64,000 nt of DNA from Acidobacteriota bacterium (GCA_052389315.1 JBQTIE010000084.1:23075-87074); one strand, 5' to 3'; counted from the first letter of the stretch, positions 1-10,381 are shown. Numbers and translations: made by a program. Notes: a model not told the origin generated them from the letters alone.

Positions 1-94
1 GTTTCTGATTCGGACAGATCACCCGCACCACGCCGTGACGACGGACGATCTTGCACTTGTCGCAAATCCGCTTGACTGACGCACGAACCTTCAT
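1..94 (-). CDS. rpmJ: 50S ribosomal protein L36 (3' end cut by window edge)
   Basis: Minus-strand ATG at 92-94 reads [31 protein letters not shown]..., the canonical L36 sequence with its Cys motif. ATGA overlap with the infA stop. Too short for the ORF track. Confidence 0.85.
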   Translation of the reverse strand, partial: MKVRASVKRICDKCKIVRRHGVVRVICPNQK

Positions 95-297
95 GACAGC
101 TTCTCCACAATCCGCCCTCGCGTCCGGTCCGACGGCATCAGCGCCACGCGGACGCGATCGCCGACCAGCACCCGCACGTAGTTCCGGTGCACCGGGTCAC
201 CCAAATGGGCCATGACCTGGTGCCTCCCGTCGAGCTCGATCCGGACGAGCTGGCTGGGCAGCAGCTCCAGCACCACGCCGTCGGCCATCGCCTCCAT
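91..297 (-). CDS. infA: Translation initiation factor IF-1 (divergent)
   Basis: 68-aa ORF with an IF-1/S1-fold pattern ([34 protein letters not shown]) in the conserved map-infA-rpmJ position. Confidence 0.85.
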   Translation of the reverse strand: MEAMADGVVLELLPSQLVRIELDGRHQVMAHLGDPVHRNYVRVLVGDRVRVALMPSDRTRGRIVEKLS

Positions 298-310
298 GCT
301 CGACGCGCCA

Positions 311-1138
311 TCATCGGCCCGCCGGCGCCGGGACCGGCCGGCCGGGCCGCGTCACCCCGCCGCGCGACGTCGCCGCCGCCTCGCGCTCACCTTCCGCGAA
401 GGTCAGGATCCGGCAGCCCGTCCCGGTCACCACGACCGTGTGCTCGAAGTGCGCCGACAGGCTGCCGTCCTTCGTCACGGCCGTCCAGCCGTCACTCAGC
501 ACCTTCACCGCCGGCTTCCCGAAGTTCACCATCGGCTCGATGGCCAGCACCATGCCTTCCGACAGCCGGGGACCACGGCCAGCCACGCCGTAGTTGGGAA
601 TCTGCGGTTCCTCGTGGAGCTTGGTGCCAATCCCGTGACCGACGAACTCCCGCACCACCGAAAAACCGTGCCCCTCGACATGCGCTTGGACCGCCGCCCC
701 GATGTCCGAGACCCGCGCGCCGGCCCGCACCGCGTCAAGTCCCCGGTAGAGGGCCTCCTCGGTGACCGCCAGCAGCCGTGCGGCGTCGGAGCCGATGCGG
801 CCGACCGCAATCGTGACGGCGCAGTCGCCATAGTAGCCGTCCAGCTTCGCCCCGAGATCGATCGACACGATGTCGCCGTCCCTCAGCTCGCGCGCGGACG
901 GGATGCCGTGCACGACCTGCTCGTTCACCGACGCGCAGATCGTCGAGGGGTAGCCGTGATACCCCTTGAACGCCGGTTCCGCGCCCGCTTCCCGCAACCG
1001 TCGATCGGCCAACGTGTCGAGCGCGACCGTCGTCGTGCCTGGCCGCGTCGTGGCCCTCAGCTCGGCGAGCACGGTGGCCACCAGCGTGTTGACGCGCGCC
1101 AGGCACTCGATCTCCGCCGCCGAACGGCACACGATCAT
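311..1138 (-). CDS. map: Methionine aminopeptidase type I
   Basis: ORF 311..1192 trimmed to ATG 1138 (MIVCRSAAEIE). MetAP motifs DIVSIDLG, GHGIG, MVLAIEP and HFEHTV are present. About 35-aa C-terminal extension. Confidence 0.9.
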   Translation of the reverse strand: MIVCRSAAEIECLARVNTLVATVLAELRATTRPGTTTVALDTLADRRLREAGAEPAFKGYHGYPSTICASVNEQVVHGIPSARELRDGDIVSIDLGAKLDGYYGDCAVTIAVGRIGSDAARLLAVTEEALYRGLDAVRAGARVSDIGAAVQAHVEGHGFSVVREFVGHGIGTKLHEEPQIPNYGVAGRGPRLSEGMVLAIEPMVNFGKPAVKVLSDGWTAVTKDGSLSAHFEHTVVVTGTGCRILTFAEGEREAAATSRGGVTRPGRPVPAPAGR

Positions 1139-1204
1139 CGGCGTCGCTCCCCGCCCGGCCGTTGACGGCCGGCGCTCCCCGTCGCTGCGCACGCCCTCAT
1201 CGCG

Positions 1205-2590
1205 TCACCCGCGCCGCCCCCGGATCCGCGTCTTCTTCATGAAGCCGTCGTAGTGACGCATGATCAACTGCGACTCCACCTGGTTGACCGTGTCCATGGC
1301 GACGCCCACGACGATCAACAGCGAGGTGCCGCCGAAGAAGAACGGCACGCCGAGCCCCTGGGACAACCACTGCGGCAGCGCCGCATCGAGCTGATCCCCC
1401 ACCAGCGGGATCGGGGCCACGTTCAACCCGCCGATCAGGATGTTCGGCAGCAGCGCGACGAGCGCCAGGTAGATGGCGCCAACCAGGGTGATCCGCGCCA
1501 GGATGGTGTCGATGTGCTCGGCGGTCCGCTTGCCTGGGCGAATGCCGGGGATGAACCCTCCGTACTTCCGCATGTTCTCGGCCACATCGTCGGGATTGAA
1601 GATGATGGCGGTGTAGAAGTACGCAAAGAACACGATGAGCACCATGTACAACAGGTTGTGCAGGGGCATGTTGAAGCCCAACTGCCGCACGATCGCATCG
1701 CCCCAGCCGCCTTGCCCGAACATCGGGGCCAGGGTCGCGGGGAACGCCAGCAGCGAGGAGGCGAAGATCACGGGGATCACGCCTCCAGTGTTGACCTTCA
1801 ACGGAATGTGCGTGCTGGTGCCGCCATACTGCTTGCGTCCCACGACACGCTTCGCATACTGCACCGTGATGCGGCGATGGCCGCGCTCGACATGGATGAT
1901 GGCCGCCACGACGCCGACCATGAAGACACCCAGGAACAGCATCCTGAGCAGCGTGATCTGGTTCGTGGACATCATGTCGAAGGTCTGGAGCACGGCGCGC
2001 GGGAACCCCACGACGATGCCCGCAAAAATGATGAGCGACATGCCGTTGCCGACGCCGCGCTCCGTAATCTGCTCACCCAGCCACATGATGAACATCGTGC
2101 CGGTGGTCAAGGTCAACACGCACAGCAGCTTGAAGCCCCAGCCCGGGTTGTAGACGAGCGGCAGGCCGCCCGCGAGCTCCGTGTTGCTCTCCAGCCAGAT
2201 CGAAATACCCAGCGACTGCACCACGGCCAGCAGCAAGGTCAAGTACCGGGTGTACTGCGTGATCTTCCGCCGCCCGAGCTCCCCTTCCTTCGACAACCGC
2301 TCGAGGTACGGCCACACCACCGTCATGAGCTGCAGGATGATCGACGCGCTGATATACGGCATGACGCCAAGAGCGAAGATCGTGATCTGCGACAGCGCAC
2401 CCCCGGTGAACATGTCGTACAGGCCGAACATCGAGTTCTGCATCTGCCGCGACAATTCCGCCAGGGCCGCGCGGTTCAGGCCCGGCGTCGGGATGAAGCT
2501 CCCGACGCGATAGACCGCGAGGATCCCGAGCGTGAAGAGCACCCGGTTGCGCAGGTCCGGAACGGCGAACAGGTTTCTCAGCGCTTCCAC
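1205..2590 (-). CDS. secY: Preprotein translocase subunit SecY
   Basis: 461-aa polytopic protein with SecY signature regions (e.g. NTGGVIPVIFASSLL), at the end of the spc operon. Confidence 0.97.
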   Translation of the reverse strand: MEALRNLFAVPDLRNRVLFTLGILAVYRVGSFIPTPGLNRAALAELSRQMQNSMFGLYDMFTGGALSQITIFALGVMPYISASIILQLMTVVWPYLERLSKEGELGRRKITQYTRYLTLLLAVVQSLGISIWLESNTELAGGLPLVYNPGWGFKLLCVLTLTTGTMFIMWLGEQITERGVGNGMSLIIFAGIVVGFPRAVLQTFDMMSTNQITLLRMLFLGVFMVGVVAAIIHVERGHRRITVQYAKRVVGRKQYGGTSTHIPLKVNTGGVIPVIFASSLLAFPATLAPMFGQGGWGDAIVRQLGFNMPLHNLLYMVLIVFFAYFYTAIIFNPDDVAENMRKYGGFIPGIRPGKRTAEHIDTILARITLVGAIYLALVALLPNILIGGLNVAPIPLVGDQLDAALPQWLSQGLGVPFFFGGTSLLIVVGVAMDTVNQVESQLIMRHYDGFMKKTRIRGRRG

Positions 2591-2603
2591 GTCAAGGCCT
2601 CGC

Positions 2604-3050
2604 TCACGCGATCGCTTCCGTTGTCCCGCCCGCCGCCGCCAGCTTCTCGGCCGCCTTGCCGCTGAACTTGTGCACCCGCACGTTCAGCGCCTTGGTCACC
2701 TCTCCCCGCCCCAGCACCTTGATCGGACGCTTCGCGCTCCGCACCAGCCCGGATTCGCGCAAGCTCTCCGGCGTGACCGCGGCGCCGGCTTCGAAGCGTG
2801 ACTCCAGCTGGTCCAGGTTGACGACGGCGTATTCCACGCGGAACAGATTGTGAAACCCCCGCTTGGGCACGCGGCGATGCAGCGGCATCTGACCGCCCTC
2901 GAACCCCCGCTTGTACGAGTAGCCCGATCTCGACTGGGCACCCTTGTTCCCGCGGCTCGCGGTCTTGCCGTGGCCGGACCCCGGGCCTCGTCCGACGCGC
3001 TTGCGCGGCCGCTTGGCGCCCGGCGGCGGCTTGAGTTGACTCAAATCCAT
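2604..3050 (-). CDS. rplO: 50S ribosomal protein L15
   Basis: 148 aa with the Gly/Arg-rich N-terminus [18 protein letters not shown] typical of L15. Operon position. Confidence 0.95.
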   Translation of the reverse strand: MDLSQLKPPPGAKRPRKRVGRGPGSGHGKTASRGNKGAQSRSGYSYKRGFEGGQMPLHRRVPKRGFHNLFRVEYAVVNLDQLESRFEAGAAVTPESLRESGLVRSAKRPIKVLGRGEVTKALNVRVHKFSGKAAEKLAAAGGTTEAIA

Positions 3051-3057
3051 CGTGACC

Positions 3058-3243
3058 CTACCCTTCGCTCACCTCGACGAGGTGACGCACCTTGTGGATC
3101 AGCCCCCGGGTTTCCGGGGTGTCGTCGCGCTCCACGCTATGGCGAATTCGGCGCAAGCCCAGGCTCTCCACGACCAGCCCCTGCTTGCGGTTGAACCCGA
3201 TGGGACTCCTCAACAACGTGATTCTCAGCTTTTTGCCAGCCAT
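3058..3243 (-). CDS. rpmD: 50S ribosomal protein L30
   Basis: ORF 3058..3285 trimmed to ATG 3243 ([16 protein letters not shown]). Sits between rpsE and rplO. Confidence 0.9.
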   Translation of the reverse strand: MAGKKLRITLLRSPIGFNRKQGLVVESLGLRRIRHSVERDDTPETRGLIHKVRHLVEVSEG

Positions 3244-3281
3244 TGCTCGACTCCCCTCGCCTCGAGTGGCCTCTGCCAGGC

Positions 3282-3857
3282 TCACGAGCCGGTCTCAGCG
3301 GCAACGGCCGGCTGAGCCGGGGCCTTGGCGCGCCGCCGCTCCCGTGGCGCCAGCAGCTCTTCGACGTCTTTGCCGCGCAGCCGCGCGACCCGGTACGGGT
3401 CCCGCAACATCCGCAGCGCCGTGAACGCGGCGCGCACGACGTTATGCGCGTTGGGACTGCCGAGCGATTTGGTGAGCACGTTGGTGACGCCCGCCGATTC
3501 GACCACCGCGCGGACCGCTCCGCCGGCGATGATGCCGGTGCCATCGACCGCGGGCTTCAGCAGCACGCGGCCGGCTCCGAAGTTCCCGACCACCGGATGC
3601 GGAATAGTGGTTCCCGCCAGCGGCACCCGAATCAGGTTCTTCTTCGCCGCTTCGATCCCCTTCTTGATGGCCGACGGCACTTCCTTCGCCTTCCCGACTC
3701 CGAAGCCCACGACGCCGTGACCGTCGCCGACGACGACCAGGGCACTGAAGCTCAGGTTCTTGCCGCCCTTGACCACCTTGGTCACTCGATTGATCGAGAC
3801 GACCGTGTCTTTGATTTCCAGCTGCGAAGCGTCGATCTTTTCCCGGGTGCGATTCAT
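3282..3857 (-). CDS. rpsE: 30S ribosomal protein S5
   Basis: 191 aa with [40 protein letters not shown]-terminal Ala/Arg-rich extension. Confidence 0.95.
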   Translation of the reverse strand: MNRTREKIDASQLEIKDTVVSINRVTKVVKGGKNLSFSALVVVGDGHGVVGFGVGKAKEVPSAIKKGIEAAKKNLIRVPLAGTTIPHPVVGNFGAGRVLLKPAVDGTGIIAGGAVRAVVESAGVTNVLTKSLGSPNAHNVVRAAFTALRMLRDPYRVARLRGKDVEELLAPRERRRAKAPAQPAVAAETGS

Positions 3858-3861
3858 GATG

Positions 3862-4236
3862 TCAGAACTCCAGGCCGGCCGATCGCGCCGCGTCGGCCAC
3901 GGCGCGTACCCGCCCGTGATAGAGATACCCGTTTCGATCGAAGACCACTCGCGTGATCCCCTGGCCCTTCAAGCGCTCGGCGATCGTCTGACCGACGAGC
4001 TCGGCGCCTTTCCGGTTGCCCGGCCGCATGCCCTCGGTCATCTTCGCCTTGACGCTGGGCTCGACACTCGACGCCGAGGCCACCGTTCGGCCGCCCGTGT
4101 CATCGATCACCTGGACGTAGATGTGGGCCACACTTCGAAACACCGACAACCGAGGACGCTCGGGTGTGCCGTGCATCCGCTTGCGAAGCCGGTACTTGAT
4201 GCGCTGCCGGCGGTCGGCTTTGGTCTTGATCTGCAT
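3862..4236 (-). CDS. rplR: 50S ribosomal protein L18
   Basis: 124 aa with [18 protein letters not shown]. Operon position. Confidence 0.95.
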   Translation of the reverse strand: MQIKTKADRRQRIKYRLRKRMHGTPERPRLSVFRSVAHIYVQVIDDTGGRTVASASSVEPSVKAKMTEGMRPGNRKGAELVGQTIAERLKGQGITRVVFDRNGYLYHGRVRAVADAARSAGLEF

Positions 4237-4270
4237 AGGGCTGACTCTCGAAAACGCGTATCCGTCTGTG

Positions 4271-4807
4271 TCACGCGCCGGTCTTGCCGGCCTTCTTCTT
4301 CAGAACCTCGCCCGTGTACCGGACCCCCTTCTGCTGGTAGGGGTCGGGCTCCCGCAGCCGACGCAGGTTGGCCGCCACCTGGCCCACGAGCTGCCGGTCC
4401 ACGCCGCTCACCGTGATGTGGGTCTGCTTGTCGATGGCCACCTCGATGCCTGGCGGCACGTCGTACACGATCTGGTGCGAATAGCCGAGCGACAGCACGA
4501 CTTGCTTGCCCTTCATCTCCGCCCGGTATCCCACGCCGACGATGTCGAGTTCCTTCTTCCACCCCTCGGTCACGCCGCGCACGGCGTTGTTGACGAGACT
4601 GCGCGCCAGGCCATGGAACTTGTCGAGCTCGCGGTCCTCGCGTGCCTTCCTGGTCACGACCTGGCCGTCCTGCAGCGCGGCGTTCACGCCGGGGGGCAGC
4701 GGCTGGCGCATCTGGCCCTTGGGCCCCTTGACATCCACGGCCGGGCCCTCCACCGTGACGGTAACGCCCTTGGGAATCGGGATGGGTTTTTTTCCAATAC
4801 GAGACAT
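4271..4807 (-). CDS. rplF: 50S ribosomal protein L6
   Basis: 178 aa starting MSRIGKKPIPIPKGVTV. Confidence 0.95.
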   Translation of the reverse strand: MSRIGKKPIPIPKGVTVTVEGPAVDVKGPKGQMRQPLPPGVNAALQDGQVVTRKAREDRELDKFHGLARSLVNNAVRGVTEGWKKELDIVGVGYRAEMKGKQVVLSLGYSHQIVYDVPPGIEVAIDKQTHITVSGVDRQLVGQVAANLRRLREPDPYQQKGVRYTGEVLKKKAGKTGA

Positions 4808-4884
4808 GATCTAGGTTCCTGCAGACGGGCGTCGCCCGCCCAAGTTGTCACGGCCGCCGGCCTCCGCGCGGGGCCGGCAGGCGG

Positions 4885-5298
4885 TCACCACACGTTGCAC
4901 AGCACCTCTCCGCCGACGCCGGCCTTCTGGGCGGATCGGCCGCTCATCACGCCCCGCGACGTCGTCAGGATGTTGACACCCAGGCCTCCCAGGACCGGGG
5001 GCACGTCGTCGCTGCTGACGTACACGCGGCGGCCTGGGCGGCTGACCCGCTCGATCCCGCTGATGACGCGCTCGCCGCCGGGTCCGTATTTCAAGAAGAG
5101 GCGCACGAGCTGTCGCGCGGCCTTGCCGGCCTGAACGGGCTCGCCGTCCACCATCTTGAACCCCGCGATGTAGCCTTCATCCTGCAGGATGCGGGCAATC
5201 TCCAACTTCAGCTTCGACGCCGGCAGGTCGACACGCGTATGGCGCGCTCCGACGGCGTTGCGAATCCTGGTGAGCATGTCGGCAATCGGATCAGTCAT
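4885..5298 (-). CDS. rpsH: 30S ribosomal protein S8
   Basis: 137 aa starting [15 protein letters not shown]. Confidence 0.95.
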   Translation of the reverse strand: MTDPIADMLTRIRNAVGARHTRVDLPASKLKLEIARILQDEGYIAGFKMVDGEPVQAGKAARQLVRLFLKYGPGGERVISGIERVSRPGRRVYVSSDDVPPVLGGLGVNILTTSRGVMSGRSAQKAGVGGEVLCNVW

Positions 5299-5338
5299 GT
5301 TCCAGCTCTCGACTCTCAGTGCACGATCGCAGCAACGG

Positions 5339-5524
5339 CTACCAGCTGCTCTTGGTGACGCCGGCGACGTCGCCCTTGAGCGCCAGCTCTCGAAAACACA
5401 AGCGGCACAGCGCGAACTTCCGGAGATACCCGCGCGGGCGGCCGCAACGGCGGCACCGATTACGGTGGCGCACCTTGTATTTCAGGGTCTTCCTCTCACG
5501 CGCTTCCTTGGCAGTCGTGGCCAC
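5339..5524 (-). CDS. rpsN: 30S ribosomal protein S14, short zinc-binding (type Z) form
   Basis: 61 aa with [10 protein letters not shown]...CRLCFRE (two CxxC pairs) and C-terminal KSSW. Confidence 0.93.
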   Translation of the reverse strand: MATTAKEARERKTLKYKVRHRNRCRRCGRPRGYLRKFALCRLCFRELALKGDVAGVTKSSW

Positions 5525-5575
5525 GTCACTCCTCGCTTCCGGAGCCGGCGTCTCGTCCGCGGCTCCCCGATCCGA

Positions 5576-6118
5576 TCAGTTCTGTCGAAATGGCATGCCC
5601 ATCAGCTGCAGCAGCTTGCGGGCTTCCTCGTCCGTCCTGGCCGACGTGGCCACTGACACGTTCATCCCGCGGGCCTTGTCCACCTTCAAGTAGTCGATCT
5701 CGACAAAGATCAGCTGATCGCGCAGACCCAGGGTGTAGTTGCCCCGGCCGTCGAATCCCTTGGGCGACACGCCGCGAAAGTCGCGCACGCGCGGCAGGCT
5801 CACGCTCACGAGCCGGTCGAAGAACTCGTACATGCGCTCGCCTCGCAGGGTCACCATCGCGCCGATGGGCATCCCCTGCCGCACCTTGAACTGCGCGATC
5901 GACTTCTTGGCGCGACGGACCGCCGCTTTCTGGCCGGTGATCCGCGCCAGCTCGTCCGCGCCGGTCTCGACGACCTTGGCGTTCTGGGTGGCATCGCCGA
6001 GGCCCATGTTGACCACGATCTTCGTGATCCTGGGGACGGCGTTGATGTTCTTGTAGCCGAACTCCTTCGTCAGGGCGGGCACGACGTCCGTCATGTACCG
6101 CTCGCGAAGGCGGCTCAT
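5576..6118 (-). CDS. rplE: 50S ribosomal protein L5
   Basis: Track ORF 5576..6886 is a read-through. Trimmed to ATG 6118 ([24 protein letters not shown]), which aligns with known L5 N-termini. An alternative ATG at 6133 would give an ATGA overlap with rplX. Confidence 0.93.
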   Translation of the reverse strand: MSRLRERYMTDVVPALTKEFGYKNINAVPRITKIVVNMGLGDATQNAKVVETGADELARITGQKAAVRRAKKSIAQFKVRQGMPIGAMVTLRGERMYEFFDRLVSVSLPRVRDFRGVSPKGFDGRGNYTLGLRDQLIFVEIDYLKVDKARGMNVSVATSARTDEEARKLLQLMGMPFRQN

Positions 6119-6129
6119 CGCCTGGCCCT

Positions 6130-6462
6130 TCATTTGTCCACCACCGTGCCGCTCTTGCGGCTGATTCGCACGCGACGCCCGTCCGGCAACGTCTGGACGC
6201 CCAGCCGCGTGGCCTCGTTGGTCTCCGGATCCAGCAGCATCACGTTCGACGCGTGGATCGGCGCTTCCCGCTCGACGATGCCGCCCTTGATGTTCTTCTG
6301 CGGGTTGGGCCGCGTGTGCCGCTTGATGAGGTTCACGCCCTCCACCAGCAACCGGTTGTTGTCGGTGAGCACCCTGAGCACGCGACCGCGCTTGCCGCGA
6401 TCCTTGCCGGTCCGCACGACGACCGTGTCGTTCTTGCGGAGCGGCGTTTTCAGCTTGGGCAT
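6130..6462 (-). CDS. rplX: 50S ribosomal protein L24
   Basis: 110 aa with a KOW region ([15 protein letters not shown]). Confidence 0.95.
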   Translation of the reverse strand: MPKLKTPLRKNDTVVVRTGKDRGKRGRVLRVLTDNNRLLVEGVNLIKRHTRPNPQKNIKGGIVEREAPIHASNVMLLDPETNEATRLGVQTLPDGRRVRISRKSGTVVDK

Positions 6463-6465
6463 GAT

Positions 6466-6834
6466 CTAGAGCACCTCCGGGGCGAGCGAGATGATCTTCA
6501 TGAACTTGCGCTCGCGCAGCTCGCGGGCCACGGGTCCGAACACGCGCGTGCCGATCGGTTCGCCCTGGTCGTTGATCAGGACGACGGCGTTGCGGTCGAA
6601 ACGGATGTAGCTGCCGTCCTTGCGCCGCTGCTCCTTGCGCACGCGCACCACGACAGCCTTCACCACCTGGCCCTTCTTGATGTTCGACTCGGGCGCAGCC
6701 TCCTTGACGTTGGCCGTGATGATGTCGCCGAGCCGCGCATAGCGGCCCGTGGAGCCCCCGAGGGGGTTGATCATCGAGACCCTTCGCGCCCCGGAGTTGT
6801 CCGCGACGTCGAGGATCGATCGCATCTGAATCAT
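6466..6834 (-). CDS. rplN: 50S ribosomal protein L14
   Basis: 122 aa starting [17 protein letters not shown]. Confidence 0.97.
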   Translation of the reverse strand: MIQMRSILDVADNSGARRVSMINPLGGSTGRYARLGDIITANVKEAAPESNIKKGQVVKAVVVRVRKEQRRKDGSYIRFDRNAVVLINDQGEPIGTRVFGPVARELRERKFMKIISLAPEVL

Positions 6835-6843
6835 GACGCTCTC

Positions 6844-7098
6844 CTACACCTCGGGCGCGCGCTCGATCACGCGGACGACGGCCCACCGCTTGCGACGGCT
6901 CATGGGCCGCGTCTCCACAATTGCCACCTTGTCGCCGACTTTCGCCTCGTCGTGTTCGTCGTGTGCGATGAAGCGCGCCGTGCGCTTCTGCGTCTTGCCG
7001 TACACGGCATGCTGCACGCGCCGCTCGACGGAGACGACCACGCTCTTCTGCATGCGATCGCTGACGACCACGCCCTGCAGTTCCGCTTTCGCGCCCAT
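6844..7098 (-). CDS. rpsQ: 30S ribosomal protein S17
   Basis: Track ORF 6844..7389 is a read-through. Trimmed to ATG 7098 ([27 protein letters not shown]). Confidence 0.92.
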   Translation of the reverse strand: MGAKAELQGVVVSDRMQKSVVVSVERRVQHAVYGKTQKRTARFIAHDEHDEAKVGDKVAIVETRPMSRRKRWAVVRVIERAPEV

Positions 7099-7100
7099 GG

Positions 7101-7289
7101 CTACTTCGCCTTCTCCCTGAGGATGGTCTGCACGCGGGCCAACTCCCGGCGCACGTTGCGCATTTTGCCCGGCGCTTCGAGATGACCCATCGCCTGCTTG
7201 ATACGCATCTGAAACAAGTCCTGGTCGAGGTCGCGGGCTCTCGCGGCCAGCGCGTCTTCGTCCAGCTCCCTGAGCTCCATCGCCTTCAT
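7101..7289 (-). CDS. rpmC: 50S ribosomal protein L29
   Basis: 62 aa ([29 protein letters not shown]). 4-nt overlap with the rplP stop. Confidence 0.92.
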   Translation of the reverse strand: MKAMELRELDEDALAARARDLDQDLFQMRIKQAMGHLEAPGKMRNVRRELARVQTILREKAK

Positions 7290-7711
7290 GACCGCGTCTC
7301 CTGCGCGAAGCGCATCGCGAACCTGGTCTTGATCGGCAGTTTGGCCGACGCCAGCTCCATGGCGCGGCGGGCCTCGACTTCCGCGACACCCTCCATCTCG
7401 AACAGGATTCGCCCCGGCTTGATCACCGCGACCCAGCCCTCGGGCGCTCCCTTGCCCTTGCCCATGCGTGTTTCCTGCGGCTTCTTGGTGATGGGCTTGT
7501 CAGGGAACACGCGGACCCAGATCTTGCCGCCGCGCTTGATGAACCGTGTCATGGCGACGCGGGCCGCCTCGATCTGCCGATCGGTCAGCCAGCAGGGCTC
7601 CATGGCCCTCAGGCCATAGTCGCCGAACGACACATCGCCGCCGCGCCACGCCTTGCCCGTCATGCGGCCGCGCTGCTGCTTCCGATACTTCACCTTCTTC
7701 GGCATCAACAT
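7286..7711 (-). CDS. rplP: 50S ribosomal protein L16
   Basis: 141 aa starting [17 protein letters not shown]. Confidence 0.96.
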   Translation of the reverse strand: MLMPKKVKYRKQQRGRMTGKAWRGGDVSFGDYGLRAMEPCWLTDRQIEAARVAMTRFIKRGGKIWVRVFPDKPITKKPQETRMGKGKGAPEGWVAVIKPGRILFEMEGVAEVEARRAMELASAKLPIKTRFAMRFAQETRS

Positions 7712-7816
7712 GATGTCTACTCGCTCACTGCCCTCGTCTGTCGCGCGTCGGCGGCAGGCCGGCTCGCCACGCGCTTCGGACGGTCACCCCCGACCGGGAC
7801 GCGTCTCAGACCCGCC

Positions 7817-8542
7817 CTAGCGCCCGTCGGCACGCGGCGCGCGGCGGGGGCCCCGATCCCGATCCCGATCTCCCCGGTCGACCCGACCGCCATACTCCTC
7901 TTCGCGGCCCACCCGCGGCGTCAATCGCTCGCCCTTGTACAGCCAGACCTTCACGCCAATCTGTCCGTAGGTGGTATTGGCCTCCGCAAACCCGTAATCG
8001 ATGTCCGCCCGGAGGGTCTGCAGCGGCAACTGGCCGTGCAGATACCATTCGGAGCGCGCAATCTCGGCGCCGTTCAATCGGCCGGACACGCGCACTTTGA
8101 TCCCGCGCGCGCCGAATCGGAGCGCCGATTCGACAGCCTTGCGCATGGCCCGCCGGAACGCGACGCGCTTCTCGAGCTGCATCGCCACCGACTCGCCAAT
8201 CAGCTGTGCGTCGAGCTCGGGCTTCTGAATCTCCTGAATGTTGATAAACACCTCGCGGCTGGTCCGCTTCTGCGTCTCCTGCTTCAGCTTGTCGACTTCC
8301 TGACCCTTGCGTCCGATGATGATGCCCGGTCGCGACGTGTGGATGTCGATCTTGAGCTTGTTGGCGGCGCGCTCAATCTCGATCTTCGACACCCCGGCGT
8401 GCTGGAACCGCTTCTTGAGGTCGCGTTTGAGCGCCAGATCCTCGTGCAGCAGCAACGCATAGTCCTTGTCGGCGAACCACCGCGACTTCCACGTCTTGTT
8501 GAATCCGATCCGAAACCCGTACGGGTGGACTTTCTGGCCCAC
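7817..8542 (-). CDS. rpsC: 30S ribosomal protein S3
   Basis: Track ORF 7817..8848 is a read-through. Trimmed to GTG 8542 ([24 protein letters not shown], matching the conserved MGQKVHP.. start). Arg/Asp-repeat C-terminal tail. Confidence 0.93.
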   Translation of the reverse strand: MGQKVHPYGFRIGFNKTWKSRWFADKDYALLLHEDLALKRDLKKRFQHAGVSKIEIERAANKLKIDIHTSRPGIIIGRKGQEVDKLKQETQKRTSREVFINIQEIQKPELDAQLIGESVAMQLEKRVAFRRAMRKAVESALRFGARGIKVRVSGRLNGAEIARSEWYLHGQLPLQTLRADIDYGFAEANTTYGQIGVKVWLYKGERLTPRVGREEEYGGRVDRGDRDRDRGPRRAPRADGR

Positions 8543-8583
8543 AGTGTCTCCTTGAGCGCGGGTGAACCCGCGCGACCATCCGC

Positions 8584-9075
8584 TTACCGTGCCGCCGCCT
8601 TGCGGCGCTTCGCCGCCGGCCGACTGGCGCCCTTGGCCCGCGCGGCCGGCTTCCTGCGCCCCGCCGCCTTGGGCGCGTCCGCCGAACCGTCCGCCGTGGT
8701 CTCCGCCGCGACAGGCACGGCCGCGACGACCTGTGCCTTCTCCGTGACCTCGACGGTCAGATGTGCCGTCCGCTTCACGACGCGGAACGCCCGGCCCATG
8801 GGGGCCGGCCGGATGCGCTTCATCGACGGCCCGTTGTCGGCATGACACCGCGACACGAAGAGACGCTCGACGTCCCCGCCAAAAGCCTCCTGCTGCTGCG
8901 CGTTGGCCACCGCCGAGCGCAGCACCTTGGCGACATCGCGTGCCACCGACTTCCGGCTGAACTGCAGGGCGGCCAGAGCCCGGTTGATGTCCTTGCCCCG
9001 AATGAGGTCCAGCACGAGGCCCGCCTTCTGGGCCGACGTGCGCACGTATTTCCCCGTTGCCTGCGCCCGTACCAT
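8584..9075 (-). CDS. rplV: 50S ribosomal protein L22
   Basis: Track ORF 8584..9564 is a read-through. Trimmed to ATG 9075 ([28 protein letters not shown]). About 50-aa Ala/Lys/Arg-rich C-terminal tail. Confidence 0.92.
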   Translation of the reverse strand: MVRAQATGKYVRTSAQKAGLVLDLIRGKDINRALAALQFSRKSVARDVAKVLRSAVANAQQQEAFGGDVERLFVSRCHADNGPSMKRIRPAPMGRAFRVVKRTAHLTVEVTEKAQVVAAVPVAAETTADGSADAPKAAGRRKPAARAKGASRPAAKRRKAAAR

Positions 9076-9077
9076 CG

Positions 9078-9410
9078 CTATGCCTTTCCAGCCGGCGCGG
9101 CCGGTGCGGCCGCCGGCGGCGCGCCCTGCGTGGTGGTGGCGGCCTTGTCCGACCGGGCCGAGTGCCCCTTGAACTGCCGGGTCGGCGAGAACTCTCCGAG
9201 CTTGTGACCCACCATGTTCTCGGTGACGTACACCGGCACGAACTTCTTGCCGTTGTGCACCGCGAGCGTGTGCCCGACCATCTCGGGAATCACCGTCGAC
9301 CGGCGCGACCACGTCTTGATGACTCGCTTGTCGCCCGCGCGGTTCATCGTCTCCACCTTTTCCAGCAGGTGGGTATCGACGAACGGCCCCTTCTTGATTG
9401 AACGGCTCAT
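9078..9410 (-). CDS. rpsS: 30S ribosomal protein S19
   Basis: 110 aa starting [19 protein letters not shown]. Ala/Pro-rich C-terminal tail. Confidence 0.95.
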   Translation of the reverse strand: MSRSIKKGPFVDTHLLEKVETMNRAGDKRVIKTWSRRSTVIPEMVGHTLAVHNGKKFVPVYVTENMVGHKLGEFSPTRQFKGHSARSDKAATTTQGAPPAAAPAAPAGKA

Positions 9411-9436
9411 ATCGGTTCTCAGCTTTCAGCAACCCG

Positions 9437-10261
9437 CTACTTGCGTCGCCGCTGGACGATGAACTTGTCGCTCGGCTTCCGGGTGCGTGTCTTGTAGCCC
9501 TTCGTCGGCACGCCCCACGGCGTGACCGGATGACGTCCTCCGGACGTCTTGCCCTCGCCCCCACCGAGCGGGTGGTCGACGGGATTCATGGCAACCCCCC
9601 GCACGTGCGGCCGACGACCCATCCAGCGCGTCCGCCCGGCTTTGCCGTACGAGACGTTCTCATGATCGAGGTTGCCGACCTGGCCGATGGTCGCCAGGCA
9701 GTCCTGATGGACCCGGCGGATCTCGCCGGACGGCATCTTGACCGACACGTAGTCGCCTTCTTTGGCCACGACCTGCACCGCGGCGCCGGCGCTGCGCGCC
9801 ATCTGGCCGCCCCGCCCCGGCTTGAGCTCGACGTTGTGCACCATCGTGCCGAGCGGAATGCCGCGCAGCGGGAGGGCATTGCCCGGCAGGATATCGGCCG
9901 AGTCGCCCGAGACGATCGTATCGCCGACCTTGAGCCCGAGCGGCTGCAGGATGTACCGCTTCTCACCGTCGGCGTAGGTCACCAGCGCGATGCGGGCCGA
10001 GCGATTCGGGTCGTACTCGATCGTCGACACGCGCCCGGGGATGTTCTTCTTGTCGCGCTTGAAGTCGATGATGCGATAGAGGCGCTTGTGACCGCCGCCG
10101 CGCCACCACACCGTGACCTCGCCCGTATTGTTGCGGCCGCCCGTTTTCTTGATCGTCTCGGTCAGCGGCTTGAACGGCCGCGTCGCCGTGATTTCGTCGT
10201 AGGTCTGCACCGTCATCTGGCGGCGACCTGGCGACGTGGGCCTGTATTTTCTAATCGGCAT
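9437..10261 (-). CDS. rplB: 50S ribosomal protein L2
   Basis: ORF 9437..10291 trimmed to ATG 10261 ([18 protein letters not shown]). Confidence 0.95.
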   Translation of the reverse strand: MPIRKYRPTSPGRRQMTVQTYDEITATRPFKPLTETIKKTGGRNNTGEVTVWWRGGGHKRLYRIIDFKRDKKNIPGRVSTIEYDPNRSARIALVTYADGEKRYILQPLGLKVGDTIVSGDSADILPGNALPLRGIPLGTMVHNVELKPGRGGQMARSAGAAVQVVAKEGDYVSVKMPSGEIRRVHQDCLATIGQVGNLDHENVSYGKAGRTRWMGRRPHVRGVAMNPVDHPLGGGEGKTSGGRHPVTPWGVPTKGYKTRTRKPSDKFIVQRRRK

Positions 10262-10381
10262 AACAGCTCGTGACGCAATGACCTGTGACAAGTTGCGAGC
10301 TCAGCGGTCCCCAGCGCGTACCCGCCCGGCAATCAGCCGCGCCGCGCATCGACCATCGAACTCTGACCGTTGAACGTCTTC

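Noticed and set aside
5576-6886. Read-through fusion ORFs in the track that span several ribosomal protein genes (5576-6886, 6844-7389, 7817-8848, 8584-9564, 38276-39019, 54401-54949, 55176-56153, 56293-57303).
   Set aside because: The upstream parts are out-of-frame translations of the neighbouring genes. Homology to the known N-termini of L5, S17, S3, L22, NusG, L9, S6 and L25 defines internal starts that give normal protein lengths.
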